A stretch of DNA of 64,000 bases from Eledone cirrhosa (taxonomy: Eukaryota). The stretch is taken from the NCBI GenBank assembly GCA_964016885.1, contig OZ024745.1, forward strand, positions 105,090,001-105,154,000, written 5' to 3'. Made by a program: the position numbers and the translations under genes. Of the stretch, positions 40,454 to 54,708 are shown piece by piece. How positions within the stretch are numbered: the first letter of the stretch is position 1; every line of letters starts with the position of its first letter. A model generated the notes under the pieces. The model worked only from the letters and a program-made list of their open reading frames with translations, searched no databases and was not told the DNA's origin.

Positions 40454-40591
40454 CAGGGTTTCCTAAACTTTGTCAAATGCGGAACCCTTTTCATCGTAAT
40501 ATAAATATACTTCTCTACCTTTTTTCACGGAATCCCAGACATTCCCTAGTAGAACCCTTGGGTTCCGTGGAACCCACTTTGGGAACCACTG
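40454..40591. mobile_element. hAT (Charlie-like) MITE
   Basis: Perfect 8-bp TSD tgctaagg; TIRs CAGGGTTTCCTAAA / TTTGGGAACCACTG. Confidence 0.9.
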
Positions 40592-43145
40592 TGCTAAGGC
40601 ATTATCCATGGTGCTTGTCCTTCTTTACAAATGGTGAAGTGCGATTTGGGTGAGATTTTACAGTTATTTCTAGCAGGCTAGAAGTTATATGTAAAATATT
40701 TGTAAATATACTGTGTTTTTTTCCAGCCAACTCATGCATGTGTATAGGTGTATAATATATATTTATACAGCTATGTATATGACTACATTACAATGGCTTG
40801 GTAGTACATATCATGCCTTCGTAAATTGTTTTAGGTGCTCATCCAACAAACAGACACAGGCACCCTCTTAGTCCTCTCAATTTTGATTTCAGGGGGGAAC
40901 ATGTAGGATGTGACAGCTTGGGGGACGGGAGGGTTGCACTATCATTGGGCTGGTAAGTTCTTTATCGACCCCAAAAGGATGATGGGTAAAGTAGATCTCA
41001 GCAGGACTTGAACACAGAAATGCATACATATTCACTATTTGCTGTAAGTAAAACAAAACATTTTTTTATTTCACAGTGTGAAACTAACAGTCACCAATTC
41101 AATTTTTTCATTGGTGTTTCTAAAACAAAAAAGACAAAAAAAAAGGTCACAATAACAACAGCAACACAAACACACAAAACTACATAGCAGACACATCTAA
41201 AGAAGTCAAAATAGAAAAAAATGGTCTACACCTACCTAACAATAACAATAAAAATACATGCAAAAATCTCTATTCTTAAGATAGACCGGATATTGCTTAT
41301 ATATTGTGTTGTTAGAATGCAAAATATATTAAAATCCCAATGAAAGAATCACTTTATTAGTTGGTAGTCTACTTAGCAAAAGTGGTTATGTAAGAAAGAG
41401 GAAAGAAGAATAGGTTAGAAAGGGGAATATAAAGAAAGGAATTGTTTAGTTCTGTATATGGCATTAATTTCATTATTATTTTCCTTTTAATTGTTTTCTG
41501 TTTGATTTTCTAGTTCTTTTTTTAATGATTTATATATTCTGACTTCAAACACAAACTACAATACTTTATTGTTGCCCGAAATATCTCTAAAACTTCCATA
41601 GTATTTCTCAGACCATCTATAATAAAAACAATGTTATTATTACTTTTTTTTTGTCTTATTCTCATTGCGTGCTGCTACTGTATTACCGAGCACAGCTCTG
41701 TGTGTCTTGGGTACATGCAGTGTTGTTTTTCATATTGTTGTTTCAATTGTATTGAAATTACTCTAACATGTGTAAGTCCTTGAGTTTTAGTTAAGCATTT
41801 GTCTGTGTGTTTTTAAATCACTCCGAGAACACCTATTATTATAGGGATTGTTTCTGTTTCCATCATCCACATTCGGTGGCTCAAACCTGTCCTTGTAATG
41901 TGAGCATCTAGCAAATTTACACGGGCTACAGCAGATGATATTTGTCTAAGTTGCCACACAATGTGATGGATCCTGAAATCACATGTTTCCAAATTAGACT
42001 TCTTAACCATGCAGCCATGCTTGTACATAGATGATATAGCAAAAACTTGTTACTTAGTAGAAATTTCCTGGAGACACTTCTGATATTTGCCATTTTGAAA
42101 ATATTAAGTACCATAAAAATTGTAAAGGAGAATTTGAATTTGGACTAATTAACACAAGAGGGGGATGGGGGTAAGGGGAGAGAGAGAGAGAGGAAAACTA
42201 AAAATATTTTTTAATATTGGGAATTGAAAATTACAATGCTGTCAGAGAAAATAGAACAATGTTAAATGAACAAACACTAAAAGAAAAAAGAAAACATTGT
42301 AATTCACAAGACTGAATGAAATGGATTCGAGAAACTTTTCAATATTCAATATGGAAGCAGTTTACAAACTCTTGTCAGCGCTAAATTGCTCTCAACATTT
42401 CCAGAAGAATTGAAATTGAGAATTCACAGAAGGACAACATTTTTATATGATGGAATTGGTTATTGGCTAATTATGACTGGAGCATGGGCAGATGAAGATG
42501 ATGATGATAACTGAATCTTCAAATATAAAAAAAGAACAAGTTTGAACTGTGATTTAAAACAAACATAGAGACTGATTATAAGGAATTGATATTAAAAGAA
42601 AAGGGAAAAAAGTAAAAAAAGAATGTGTCATTTGCTGCTGTTGTTATCAAGCATTTTACAGAATCTAAAAGAAAAATTATTTAGTTTTCTGAAGTAGGGA
42701 TTTTGTATATTTACAAAGATAAAAATATAAGCAAATTCAAAACAATTTATATCAATATAAAAAATGTATCTCTAAAGATGTTATTTAAACACCATAAACA
42801 ACTTTTTCTGATACAAAATCTTATATTAATAAAAAGTTATTTTTATCTTTTAATTTGTTAATGAGGGTTTTGTATGCATTGTTTAATTTGCATATGGCAC
42901 AATAGCTTGAAATTAAGATGCTACAGATCTGATCACATAGGCCTGATTTGAAATCTTACAACAGACATTGTATGTATTATGCATCTCTGAAAGACTCATA
43001 CCTCTATACTTGTATCATTTTGATTCACGCTTTCATGACCATATTTCTTATTTTGAAAATAATCAAATAATACAATACCTAAATTTGTCGTTATTAATAT
43101 CCTGTAATGATTTAGCAGAAAATATTTTAAAAACAGGTTTGTTAA

Positions 43146-43345
43146 CCCTTTAGCATTTATATTACTCTATATATACTATTGTATTTTCATGGTAAAAGCT
43201 TTAGCTCACATAATATCGAATCTATGAGATTTTGATATTATTTATTTTGAGAACAATATCTTAACGAGTGGCCTGTTACAGCCAGTTTAAACAGAAAGAG
43301 GTGAGAGAATTCTGGATGGATATGGCCGATTTAAACGCTAAAGGG
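43146..43345. mobile_element. piggyBac-type MITE, intact copy
   Basis: TTAA TSD on both sides, CCCTTTAGC/GCTAAAGGG TIRs. Confidence 0.9.
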
Positions 43346-45139
43346 TTAACTCAAAAGTTTTTTAGTATCTTTACTAATGGACAGATCATTGTGAAAGTTT
43401 TCAGTATTAGAGTAAAGACTGATTTTTAATGATACAGTCATAATGCTGTTTTATACTTTTTAGATGTCTTGCTATGTGGTTTCATCTGGTACAGGATGTT
43501 AAAAGTTGAGTTGGTATCAAGAACATAACTTAATGAAAAATTTTTAGATAAAATTATGATTGAAGATTTTAATTGAAGCTTAACAGATGGACATGCTTGT
43601 ATTTTAGAACCAGGGTCAGTTTTAGTAGGTTGGCATGAAAATGGTTAATTGTTGATTGGTTCTCTATTTATTGTTAATTTTCTAATTATTTAATATCTCC
43701 AAACATACAATGTCTTTCCCTGCATCTAAAAGCCAAATATTAAATTATATTATACCCTGCTCAGCTACACACAAATAATAAGATGGACAAATGACTAAAT
43801 GCATCTATAGATAGAATATTTCATCCAACTTTCTGGCATTCTTCACACACGTCATACCGTACTGATGGCATTGCTGTTAGATTGCACTACTGATGATTTG
43901 AAATAAATATGAAATAGCTCAAGACTCCCTCATATCACAAATTCTCAGTTTTGTAGTTGTGTAGTTGCATAAAGAAACATTGTTTGAGAACATTCATGTC
44001 CTAGAAGACAAGTTATACAATAACATTAACCATGAAGTGAGGCTGTCCCTTATTAGCAAATATACCTAACATGCTTACCGCTAGAGTTCAACATGGCATT
44101 TAGATCAACAACTCAAAATTTAAAGCCCTGCAGCCATAAATCAAGGTGTTCATTTTTTCAAAATGGCAGTGGTGAAGTGCATTGGGCGTTGGAAATATGT
44201 TAATGGGAGACAAATTCAGTTTCACTAGGATAATTAACAATAAAACCAAATTACAGATTATTTTCAAGAACATGCCTTTATACTAATTGCCACCTAATTA
44301 GAGTGATTTCTTAATCAGTCAAAGCTGCATGTTAGAAGAAAGTAAGCTCTTTATAGCAAAATAATATTACAAATAGGTTAATATCAAATGTCCAGCTTCA
44401 TGTTCACTTTCATAATCTGAAGAAGCTAAAGAAGTTTCATTGTTTCAACTGGACACCAAACATAACAGAAGACAACTGCAGAAAATATATCCTTTATCCA
44501 TTTAATGAAACAACAACTGGACCTGAACACTGGTCCTCTGAGTTCTTATGATGTAAACTATCTTAGGCTATCACTGTAAGGTTTCTCCCTCTTCTAAGGG
44601 ACACAACATTATGTCCACTAAAAAAGAAAGCAAAAAAGTGACTTTTGTCTTCTTGGATACATTTTTTTGGTGTTAGTGGCATGATAAAAAGCACCCAGTC
44701 CCAACTGTAAAGTTGGCCAGTTTCTTTTTTTTTCTTCTGTTGCTGTGTTTTCCAGATCATTAAGGACCATAGCATGGGGTAAAATGTGAAACTCATTCCA
44801 GCATAGAAAAATACAGATGTAAAATAATGATGAATGTGAAAGGATTAATTGAAACTTGACTGATGTGTAGAAGGGGAAATGACTAAATTATATGGTTCTG
44901 TGCACATGAGTGCATGCATGTGTATTTATTTCTCAAAACCCAGCTAGATGACACTGCATGAAAGATTAGAATTTTCCAAATGTCATCATAAATAACTCTG
45001 TGGTAATAAAAATCAAATCATAGCCAATAACAATGTCAAGAGTTTTAATCAGTGCAACAAAGGCTATTTAAGCACATGATACTTGGTCATAAATACAAGT
45101 ATACAGTTAGAGGAAAATAGGCTGAGTTTACACATATCA

Positions 45140-45610
45140 CCACTCTCCATAATAATTGTTTCTACTTTTAGCACAAGGCCAGCAATTATTCCAGTGCATT
45201 ACTGGTACTTTATTCTATTGACCCCGTAAGGATGAAAGGCAAAGCTAACCTGGGCGGGATTTGAACTCAGGCTGTAAAGGGTCGTAACTATGCTGCAAAG
45301 CATGGCGTCTGATGCTCTACTAATACTGCCAATCCACCACTCTCCATAATAATTATTTCTACTTTTGGCGCAAGGCCAGCAATTATCCCAGTGCATTACT
45401 GGTACTTTATTTTATCAAACCCATAAGGATGAAAGGCAAAGTTTACCTCGGCGGGATTTGAACCCAGACCGTAAAAGATTGACCCTCTTCCATCACTCTC
45501 CATAATAATTGTTTCTACTTTAGGCACAAGGCCAGCAATTATCCAGTGCATTACTGGTACTTTATTTTATCGACCCCGTAAGGATAAAAGGCAAAGTCAA
45601 CCTCGGCACA
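45140..45610 (-). mobile_element. Three tandem family-A SINE copies
   Basis: Each unit is preceded by the same cactctccataataatt sequence (about 45141, 45337, 45494). Confidence 0.88.
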
Positions 45611-46079
45611 ATCACATTGTATCCTTTTTACATCTATTCAACAGGCACGGCTGCAATATTTACTCCACAACAGATATCTTTCCTTTTCAAAATGCCAAGT
45701 CTGGTTGAGGATTATGTGAAGGGTACAAATGTATGTGGAATGCTTAGCCACTTACTCTATATTGTTTCTAATATAAAGAACAAAGCCATAAATTTGTGGA
45801 GAAGGAAACAGTCAATTATATCAAGCCTCAATACTTGAATGGTACTTCTTAATTCTACTGACCCTGGTAAGATGAAAAGCAAAGTTTCTCTCAGCAGAGT
45901 TTGAATACAGAATATAACAGGCCATATGTAAATACAGCAAAGCATTTTGTCTAACGTTCTAACAATTCTACCAATCACAGAAAAGTGTGAGAGTTTTGAG
46001 CAAAGCGCTTTGTTAAAATGAAGAAAAGTTACAGAAAATGTTGTATGTGCTGTATTTGAAATCATGGTTTGTGACGATG

Positions 46080-47370
46080 AAAAAAGCGGGCATCAATTGG
46101 TATGTGGTTTCTAGCTCAGACAAATGAAATAGATAGCAAACAACTGTTGGTCACATACAAATTTAATGCAATAAATTACATTAGGTGTGACTTTGGAGGT
46201 GGTTCTGGTACCATGTAGACAATCCAGGTTGAGGATGAAGGAATCATCTGGATAAGGATCCAGAACAGGTTGAAGGACCTGTTGATCAGGGGCTTGTGCA
46301 GATTATGATTATGTCTGAAGAGAGGGTATTCCAGAAAGATGTGGAAAGTAGCAAGTTCAGATTGGAGGAAATGAAAATAACAGAAAGGTTAGATGACATG
46401 CTGAAAGGTGAGGGAGAAGTGAATATGGTTGGAGGTGAGGCAAGTATGGGGCATAAGGATGGAAGAATGGTCAACAGCTAGGGTGTAATTCCAGCCAACT
46501 TGAATGGCTGGTTGGGGGGTAACCATGGAAAAAAGGAGACCATTTAGTTGGCCTTAAAGTTAGAGTTTCAGTTATAAAAGTGAATGAATTGTGAAAAAAG
46601 GATAGATTGAAGCATGAGTAAAAGTCAGTTGGTTTGTAAAAAGTAGAAGTGGAGGTGGTCATTGGAAATAAAGGTGTTTGAGAAGTTGCTGGAAATGTTA
46701 GAGATGGTAAATGTGAATTCTAAAGCAGAGTGGAAAGAGTTAATGAAAGAAATGACGATAGTGAATTGGTTCTATGTGAAGGAAAAAGAAGTGGTACTGA
46801 TACAATTATATGAATAGTTGTGGGGAGGGGGGGGGGGGGGTAAAAGGAGTAAAGATCTAGGTTTCAAGGTAACCAACAACCAGATCCATAACCACTCCAG
46901 TACCTTGCAGACAAACTCACCAGAACAAAAGAAGCCATTGATGGTTAGGGTGAGTTTGTCATAAAACGATGTATCAAAGTGTGGTGCAGTGAACTAGAAT
47001 GAATTTAACGGCTGTGAGGGATGATGATGTAAAGGGGGCTTAACATCTATGGTAAAAAGTAGTTAGGGGAAAAGAAAAGAGTTGCACATGCATAATAACT
47101 AGTTGATGTCATGGATGTTGGATACAAGAGCTGATACCATGGGTAACAAGTTGGTAAAGACATTTTGAGATGAGCTCAGTAGGATAGTTGCAGGCAAAGA
47201 TGATGATGCAACTTAGCATATTGGCCTTATAGATCTTGGAGTGGAAGTAAATGGTGAAGGTACTGCTTGGTAAACAATAACATTGGTTGATGTGGAAGGA
47301 ATGAGAGAGGAAATGAATTTGTATTTGGTAAAGATAAGTCATTGTTCTATATTCACATTGATAAACAGTA
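46080..47370 (-). mobile_element. Decayed Penelope-like element (RT and GIY-YIG remnants)
   Basis: Translatable remnants FTIDV, TSTFYKPTD and PNVIYCI match PLE RT and GIY-YIG motifs; many stops and frameshifts. Confidence 0.65.
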
Positions 47371-49244
47371 GTTAAAAGAATACCTCCAGGATTTAATACT
47401 GTTACTAAGTTTAGGGCACAAATAAATTCAAAAACTTAGTTGTTAGTGACCTAACTGACAAAATTCTGTGCAAGTAATACAGAAGAGCCGACTTCCCACA
47501 GGCACAAGGCTGAAGCATGTATACAGTATGCACCACCCAACCCCACCCTCCCATGAGAAAAGGCTGAAGTATACATCCAGTGAAGCCTCCCCAGCCCACA
47601 CTGTAAAGTGGTCGTGTTGGTGTCATGACAAAAAGCATCCAGTCCACACTGAGGTTGGTGTTAGGAAGGGCATCCAGCTGTAGAAACCAAACCAAAATCA
47701 GTTCTGTATGAGCAAGACATGATCACCTGACCTAAAATTGCCCACAACAGGACAACTCGTCTAACCCATGCTAGTGTAAAAAAATGGACGTAAAACAGTG
47801 ATGATGACTTTATGTTATGATCATTAAAATAAATACTAGACAGGTCTTCTTTATTTTCCTTCTGTGCTATACTGCGTATCAGTCTGCCTTTGACAGCTCC
47901 TGTAATATATTAGTTTTTCTAAGACAAGATGTTAGCCCTTGATTAATCCTTCTAATTTCTGGAGAAAGGGATGTACCTGATTTTGAGAGAGAGAGAGAGG
48001 AGAATCAACTCCAGTGCTTCACTGGTACGTTATTTATTGACCTCTGGAAGGATTAAAGGCAAAGTCAATCTCTTTTAACTGCAGTTTATCAATGAGAATG
48101 TAGAACTCAAAGTGCAGAGAGCAGGAACAATATCCAAAGTTCCTACAAATTTACAAATTCTCCATCTTTGCCAATTCATTTAATCAATTATTTTCTACTT
48201 TTAAAATCTTGTGATCTTCAGATGTTGTTAGAATTTACCATATAAGTTGAGAAATATGTGACAAAAAAAAAAAAAAAATATCAATGGTAAAATGGTGTTA
48301 GTTTATATTCGTGCTGATTTTTCACCAACTTCAAATTCTATGTAAATGAGGTGCTGAAATATTTTTGCTTTATATTATTATTATTATTATCACTGTTTAA
48401 TGTCCATTTTCCAAGCTTGCATGGGTTAGACAGGTCGTCCATGCCATGAGACAAGTCTGGCCAGATTAGCTAAGCCATACTTTGTTCAGAGAGAACTGTA
48501 AAATTTGGCCAGGATTTTTACAGTTGGATGCCCTTCCTAACACATGACACTCATGACAATTTCTAAACCATACCAACTAAACAATGTGTTGATTAGCTAC
48601 CTCAACTTATAAACTAGGTATGGATTTTTGCCCTTTTCTCAGATATAAAATAGCAGGTTGGCTTATATTCGAGTATATACAGCATATTTAATATTATTTA
48701 TGATATCAATACAGTGAAATAATGAGATGATAAATAGGTTAGAGTTTTCTCATCTACCTTTACTTGGAGGCATGCCTTTCTTCTACAACACAGCACTCAC
48801 CTCCAAAAACAAATTTATTGATCAAGAAAACCAATATCCTTGTTCAAACAAAACATATATGTGTGTAATGAGAGTATAAAAACACAAACATATTTATTTT
48901 TAAAAATGCATTATATGATACATGTGTGCATTGTATGTCAAAATATACTGTTTAACCCATACTAGCACTGAAAATAGACGTTAAACGATGATGATGTTGA
49001 TGATATATATTCCAAAATGATTGTCTGCATGTGTGTCCCATCTACTCCTCAATTTGTAAGTTGTCTAGCTCAGTTGGTAAGAGTTGTACTAATAATGTGA
49101 ATGCGTTCGGCTTCATACCCAATACTGGCCAGCTTTCAATTTTCTTTATATTCCTTTATTACCTAGGCACACACATCTATTATGAGTTTGACACAGAGTC
49201 TAAATTTATATGAACATAAAGGATTTGAAATAGCTTTATTTCAA

Positions 49245-49774
49245 TCCTTTAGCATTTAAACCAACCATATCCGACCAGAGGCACATGGCTTAATGGTTAG
49301 AGCATTGGCCTTGCAATCGAAAGGTTGTGAGTTCAATTCTCAGACCGGGTGATCTGTTGTTTCCTTGAGCAAGACACTTTATTTCACATTGCTCCAATTT
49401 ACTCAGCTGTAGAAATGAGATGATAGGGACTGGGGTCCATATCATTCCACTGCAAAGTGGTAGTGGAGGTGCCACAGCAAAAAAGCACCCAGCACTTACT
49501 GTAAATGAGGTTGGTGTTAGGAAGGGCATCCAGCCAGAATCAGTTCCTGTCCCACCCTTGCAAGCAGGGAAAAGGCAGACGTAAAATGAAATGAATGAAT
49601 GAAATGAATGAATTCCTTCACCTCTTTCTGTTCAAACTGATGTTAAGATATTGTTCTCAAAATAAATAATATCAAAATCTCATAGATTTGATATTATATG
49701 GGATAATTATGTGAGGTAAAGCCTTTACCATGAAAATATAATAGTAAATATAGAGTAATGTAAATGCTAAAGGA
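49245..49774. mobile_element. piggyBac-type MITE interrupted by an RTE-tailed SINE (about 49280-49610, + strand)
   Basis: MITE body resumes after the SINE (aatg)n tail. Confidence 0.8.
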
Positions 49775-51403
49775 TTAAACAATAAATTGAATATAATCTA
49801 AGTTACATCATTGGCTAACTGTTTCTCTTCATTTATATTATGGAATCAATGAATACAGGGCTGTAAGGGCATATATATATAAAATGCAAATAGTAAATTA
49901 TCTGGCCTCGGTGTATATATCTATCAGCAACTACTTTTGATTGGATTTTGTCACCCCCATTGACATATAATAGTGAGAGATGGAGGCAGTGACATTGGTA
50001 GTTTGGTTCTTTTGTGTTCGGACCTGGTCTATATGTTTCACAGACACACACACACGCAACTTACTACACAAACTGGTGATCTTTTCAACAAAGTATTTTC
50101 TATGGAACTGCTTGACCGCACCGGTTGCTCTAAAGTGGGGGCAGCACTTCCCAACTTTAGATAATATTGATCGACTTATACATATGTATAAAAAAGAAAG
50201 ACAAGCAACAGGGTGTTTACCTCAGTTGTATAGAGTAACTCAGCTGTTTAGAAAATCAAGACGTGTACATTGACTCTGAATAACATTGTTACTATTGTTT
50301 TGTTTTGTTTCCTTTATGTTAAGCATTTGAATCTTACATTGAATCTATCTTTATCATGTGAACATAAAGTATGCATTAACCTTTAATTGAAACATTAAAT
50401 CGTTATCATCATCATTTAATGTCCATTTTCCATGCTGTATTTTTTTTTTATTTCAAATATAATTACTCCTCAAAAACGGCTATAATCATCATCATCATCA
50501 TTTAACATCCATTTTCTACACTTGCATATTTCTAAATGCACATTTGTATGTATTTTCAAATGTCCAATCTTCTCTCCTGAATACTTTAAGCATCTCTTCC
50601 TATTGCTCATTAAACTTTCATTTCCTTTACCCAACATTTTTTTTGTATGTAGTCAATTGTCCAGTTTCTGTTGAATGTAGCTATTGCTTACTTCTCTGCT
50701 ACCACCACAATGCTAAATCAATATGTCTTACAGTTCTACCTCTTATTTCTACTCACCTTATCTTTCATTTTTTCTTTTCTTTATCTCTCGCCCACTTTAT
50801 CTCTTATTCTTTCCCTAAACTGTCAATCTGTATGTTTTTTTTTTAATGAAAATTGTGTTGAGGTTATTTCTTTTACCAAGACACAAGACCAGAAATATTG
50901 GTAGAAAGGGTACAGTCAATTATATCAACTAGTAGTTGATAGGTAATTATTTTATCAACCCCAGAAGGATAAAACTGACTCACAATTTCAATATCTACAA
51001 TGGCATTGTCACTTCGGATTATCTTCAGCATCATTTCAACTTCTCTTACTGATACTTTCTGCCTCTTAATTCCACTCTCATGCTCCTCCATCTCTCCTCC
51101 TTTGTCTTTTCTTTCTCTCTCTCCCATTCTACTTGTTTCATATTCTTTCAGCTACTCTCAACAGTCAATCTGTATGCTTAGTCTATATACTCATATCTTC
51201 TGTATTTTGAATTAGACACTCAGTGTTCATATGTTTGCCTTTCATTTACTTTGCAATTGCATTTCTATTTAAAGTTACATTTCTTCATTTTCTTTTTAAT
51301 TTAAAACTGAAAATGAAACAATGAAATTTACAGCTCACACCTGTACAGGTTTAGCTGGCCACATAGGAGGTTAATTGGGAGCTAGTACTATTATGAAAAG
51401 CAA

Positions 51404-51743
51404 TCATCATCATCATTTCATTTTACGTCCACTTTTTCCCTGCTTGCAAGGGTGGGACAGGAACTGATTCTGGCTTGATTTCTACAGCTGGATGCCCTTC
51501 CTAACACCAACCTCATTTACAGTGAGTGCTGGGTGCGTTTTTTGTCGTGGCACCTCCACGACCACTTTGCAGTGGAATGATATGGACCCCAGTCCCTATC
51601 ATCTCATTTCTACAGCTGAGTAAGCTGGAGCAATGTGAAATAAAGTGTCTTGCTCAAGGAAACAACACATCACCTGGTCTGAGAATTGAACTCACAACCT
51701 TTCGATTGCAAGGCCAATGCTCTAACCACTAAGCCATGTGCCT
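51404..51743 (-). mobile_element. Family-B SINE, full length
   Basis: Near-identical to 53331-53670. Confidence 0.9.
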
Positions 51744-53330
51744 CCAATGTAAAATGAAATGTCATGCTGCAGAACACAATATGCCATCTGGTTCAAGAAT
51801 CAAACTCAAGATCTTATCTTCATGAATCCAACACCCTAACCACTAGGCTATGTGTTTATCTCCATCAATGATACCATGGAAAAGATGTTCCTCACGCCTT
51901 TGCTTCCAAATGCAAGCGAGCTCTGAGGGCAACAAGAAATCCTGCTTTGCTCATAGCTAATTTTATGCTCATAGCTAATGTAGGATGCTGAAGAGTTGGG
52001 AACCATCTCCCAGCTCAGCTTTTTATTTATGCCCCTAAGAGTAAAACCAAAAATATTGTGTATCCTGGGGTGATGTCATGACAGTGTTAAGAATTCCTAA
52101 AAGTACGTATGATACTGACAGATTTAATGTTATGAAGCTGAGATTCATCACAATTTTTTAATGTAATTCCTTTAGGGTGCCAAGCATTGCTCTTAGCCAG
52201 TTCCAATATTTGGATGTGTGGGCTACCTCTGGGTACTATAGTTTAAATATGTTATAAGAATGATATATTTCTATTGGTGGTTTACTTCTCATCTACACAA
52301 TTTCTACTAATTTTTAAGTTTCTTAAAAATTAAAATGTTTGATAATAGTTTCAAATGAATCAAAATTTATTTCACTTTCACTTAATCCTGTGTTATTAAT
52401 ATACATACATGATTTAGCAATGACATTTCCACAATTGAATTATGAGGTATACTATTCATATTGAGTGTTTATCTGTAGTATAATGAATAACATAAAGAAA
52501 TGTTATAAGTATGTTGATAGAATCTTACATGAATGCTAACTTTCCAAGCGAAATCCAATACTGTTCAACTAAATTGAATATGTCTTCACCATGAATGATT
52601 CTGTTACATTTATAGCTACTTTTCAACACTGGGTATTCAACACACACACATATTACTAGTTCTAGTCATTATATCTCTTTTTGTCAAAACACTAGGTTAC
52701 GGGACACAAACAGATATACACATACACACACAATCATCATCATCATCACCGTTTTACGTCCGTTCTTCCATGCTAGCATGGGTTAGACGGGTTGTCCTGT
52801 TGTGGGCAGTGTCTGGTCGGCTGACCATGCCTTGCTCATACAGGAACTGATCTGGCTTGATTTCTACAGCTGGATGCCCTTCCTAACACCAACCTCATTT
52901 ACAGTGAGTGCTGGGTGCTTTTTCGTGGCGCCTATACGTCCACTTTACAGTGTGGGCTGGGTGCTTTTTTGCCGTGGCACCTCCACGACCACCTTGCGGT
53001 GGGGGGTGTGGGGGCATATTGTCTATATGCTTCAGCTTGTACCCATGGGAGGTCGGGTACTCTGTATTACTGCGTGATGCCAGAATGCACTTCCATATAA
53101 AATACACAAGTCAGCCAGAGTCTATACTTGAAAACTCTTGTCCAATGTACTGCAAAGTAGAACTGAACCCACAACCACATGGTTGCAAAGTGAATTTCTT
53201 AACAACATACCTTTGTCCACATTTTCCCATCTCCAGGAGTATTTTACTTGATTTACTCTATTATTATTCAGTGACAGACTATTAATATGGTCATTCAACA
53301 TTGGGATGCACACATTCAAATTTCACATAT

Positions 53331-53670
53331 TCATTTCATTCATTCATTTCATTTTACGTCCGCTTTTTCCTGCTTGCAAGGGTGGGACGGGAACTGATTT
53401 TGGCTTGATTTCTACAGCTGGATGCCCTTCCTAACACCAACCTCATTTACAGTGAGTGCTGGGTGCTTTTTTGCCGTGGCACCTCCCCGACCACTTTGCA
53501 GTGGAATGATATGGACCCCAGTCCCTATCATCTCATTTCTACAGCTGAGTAAACTGGAGCAATGTGAAATAAAGTGTCTTGCTCAAGGAAACAACACATC
53601 ACCCGGTCTGAGAATTGAACTCACAACCTTTCGATTGCAAGGCCAATGCTCTAACCACTAAGCCATGTGC
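53331..53670 (-). mobile_element. tRNA-derived SINE with RTE-derived 3' tail (family B)
   Basis: tRNA head (ttagtggttagagcattggcc..gagttcaattct), ccttgagcaagacacttt domain, 3' end matching the RTE tail at 57545-57597. Other copies at about 10317-10525, 23308-23712, 27045-27330, 47470-47807, 49280-49610, 51404-51743, 52735-53080. Confidence 0.9.
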
Positions 53671-53929
53671 TTCCATTTATATCATTATCACCATTTAATG
53701 TCCATTTTACACACTAGTATAGGTTAGATGAGCTGTCCTGTTGTGAGACAAGCCAGGTCGGATAACTGTGTCTTGCTCATACAGAACTGATTTTGGTTTG
53801 GTGCCCTTCCTAATGCCAACCATATTTATAGTATGTACTAGGTGCCTTTTGTTGTGACACCTATATGACCACTTTACAGTGTGGACTGGGTGCCTTTGGG
53901 GAAAGGTGACATATTCTAGATGTATGCAT

Positions 53930-54708
53930 CAAGCCATGCACATAGGAAATTGGGTTTTCTGTATTACTGCATAATGCCAGAGATAGATCGCGGTCCTGTG
54001 TCATCACCTGTGAGAGGTACAATTGTGCAAGGTCAGCTTTTATCACCTCATCCCAAGTTTTCATACTCCATAGCTTCCATCAACTTTGATCACTTTTTAT
54101 TCAGCTGTCATCCTTCATATGGATCATATGTCCATACCAACAATACCAACACAATCTTTTCTCCCTCACACTGAATCAGATCCTTCTTATGCCCAGTTTC
54201 TCACTCAGTTCATTCATATTACTATTACACATCCATCAAAGCATAGAAGCTTCATTTCTTTCCAATCTTTGCAGGTCCTCTGCACACAGCACCCAGGTCT
54301 CACTACCATGCAATATTACTGTTTGTATATAAACATCATACAATCTGCCTTTCATTTCGAGGGAAAAATCGTTTGAAGTTAGCAGCAATAGTAGTTCCCT
54401 GAACTTTCTCCAACCTGTTCTCACTCTGGCTACTGTAATTTTGAAACACCTTCTTCCACTGTAAATTTGATCCCCCAAGTAGCAGTATCTACTGCTTCTA
54501 CAGAGCCTGCTGGGCATTTGAAGGAGTGTGTATCTTGTGGGCTCTTGCTATTAACTACACCTGTGCATTGGCCACATATAAAACCTACGTTCTTTGCTTT
54601 CCTGCCTGAGATCCCACTGCATCTCTTGTGTACCCATAGATGCATTTGGGACATAGGGTGGAATTTCTACCTACACCATTTCTGCACACTGAGCAAGGCC
54701 ATTTCCCC
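53930..54708 (-). mobile_element. RTE LINE 3' fragment, decayed
   Basis: GKWPCSVC, WVHKRCSG and LHGSETWVLCAEDLQRLERNEASML on the minus strand. Confidence 0.9.

Noticed and set aside
41089-41119. Strong minus-strand acceptor giving a possible exon ETPMKKLNW*
   Set aside because: No donor preserves phase with the 33741 exon and an in-frame stop follows; it could only be an alternative terminal exon, which the sequence cannot support.
42220-42515. Long near-open frame ending WADEDDDDN
   Set aside because: Internal stop and no recognisable host gene; possibly a very old transposase remnant (LANYDWSM), too decayed to call.
49280-49350. tRNA-like sequences
   Set aside because: These are SINE heads continuing into SINE bodies; no complete cloverleaf.
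50221-50243. Possible 23-nt exon (cag|CTGAG...GAG|gtaaac)
   Set aside because: Phase 1 to 0 is incompatible with the next exon; weak polypyrimidine tract.
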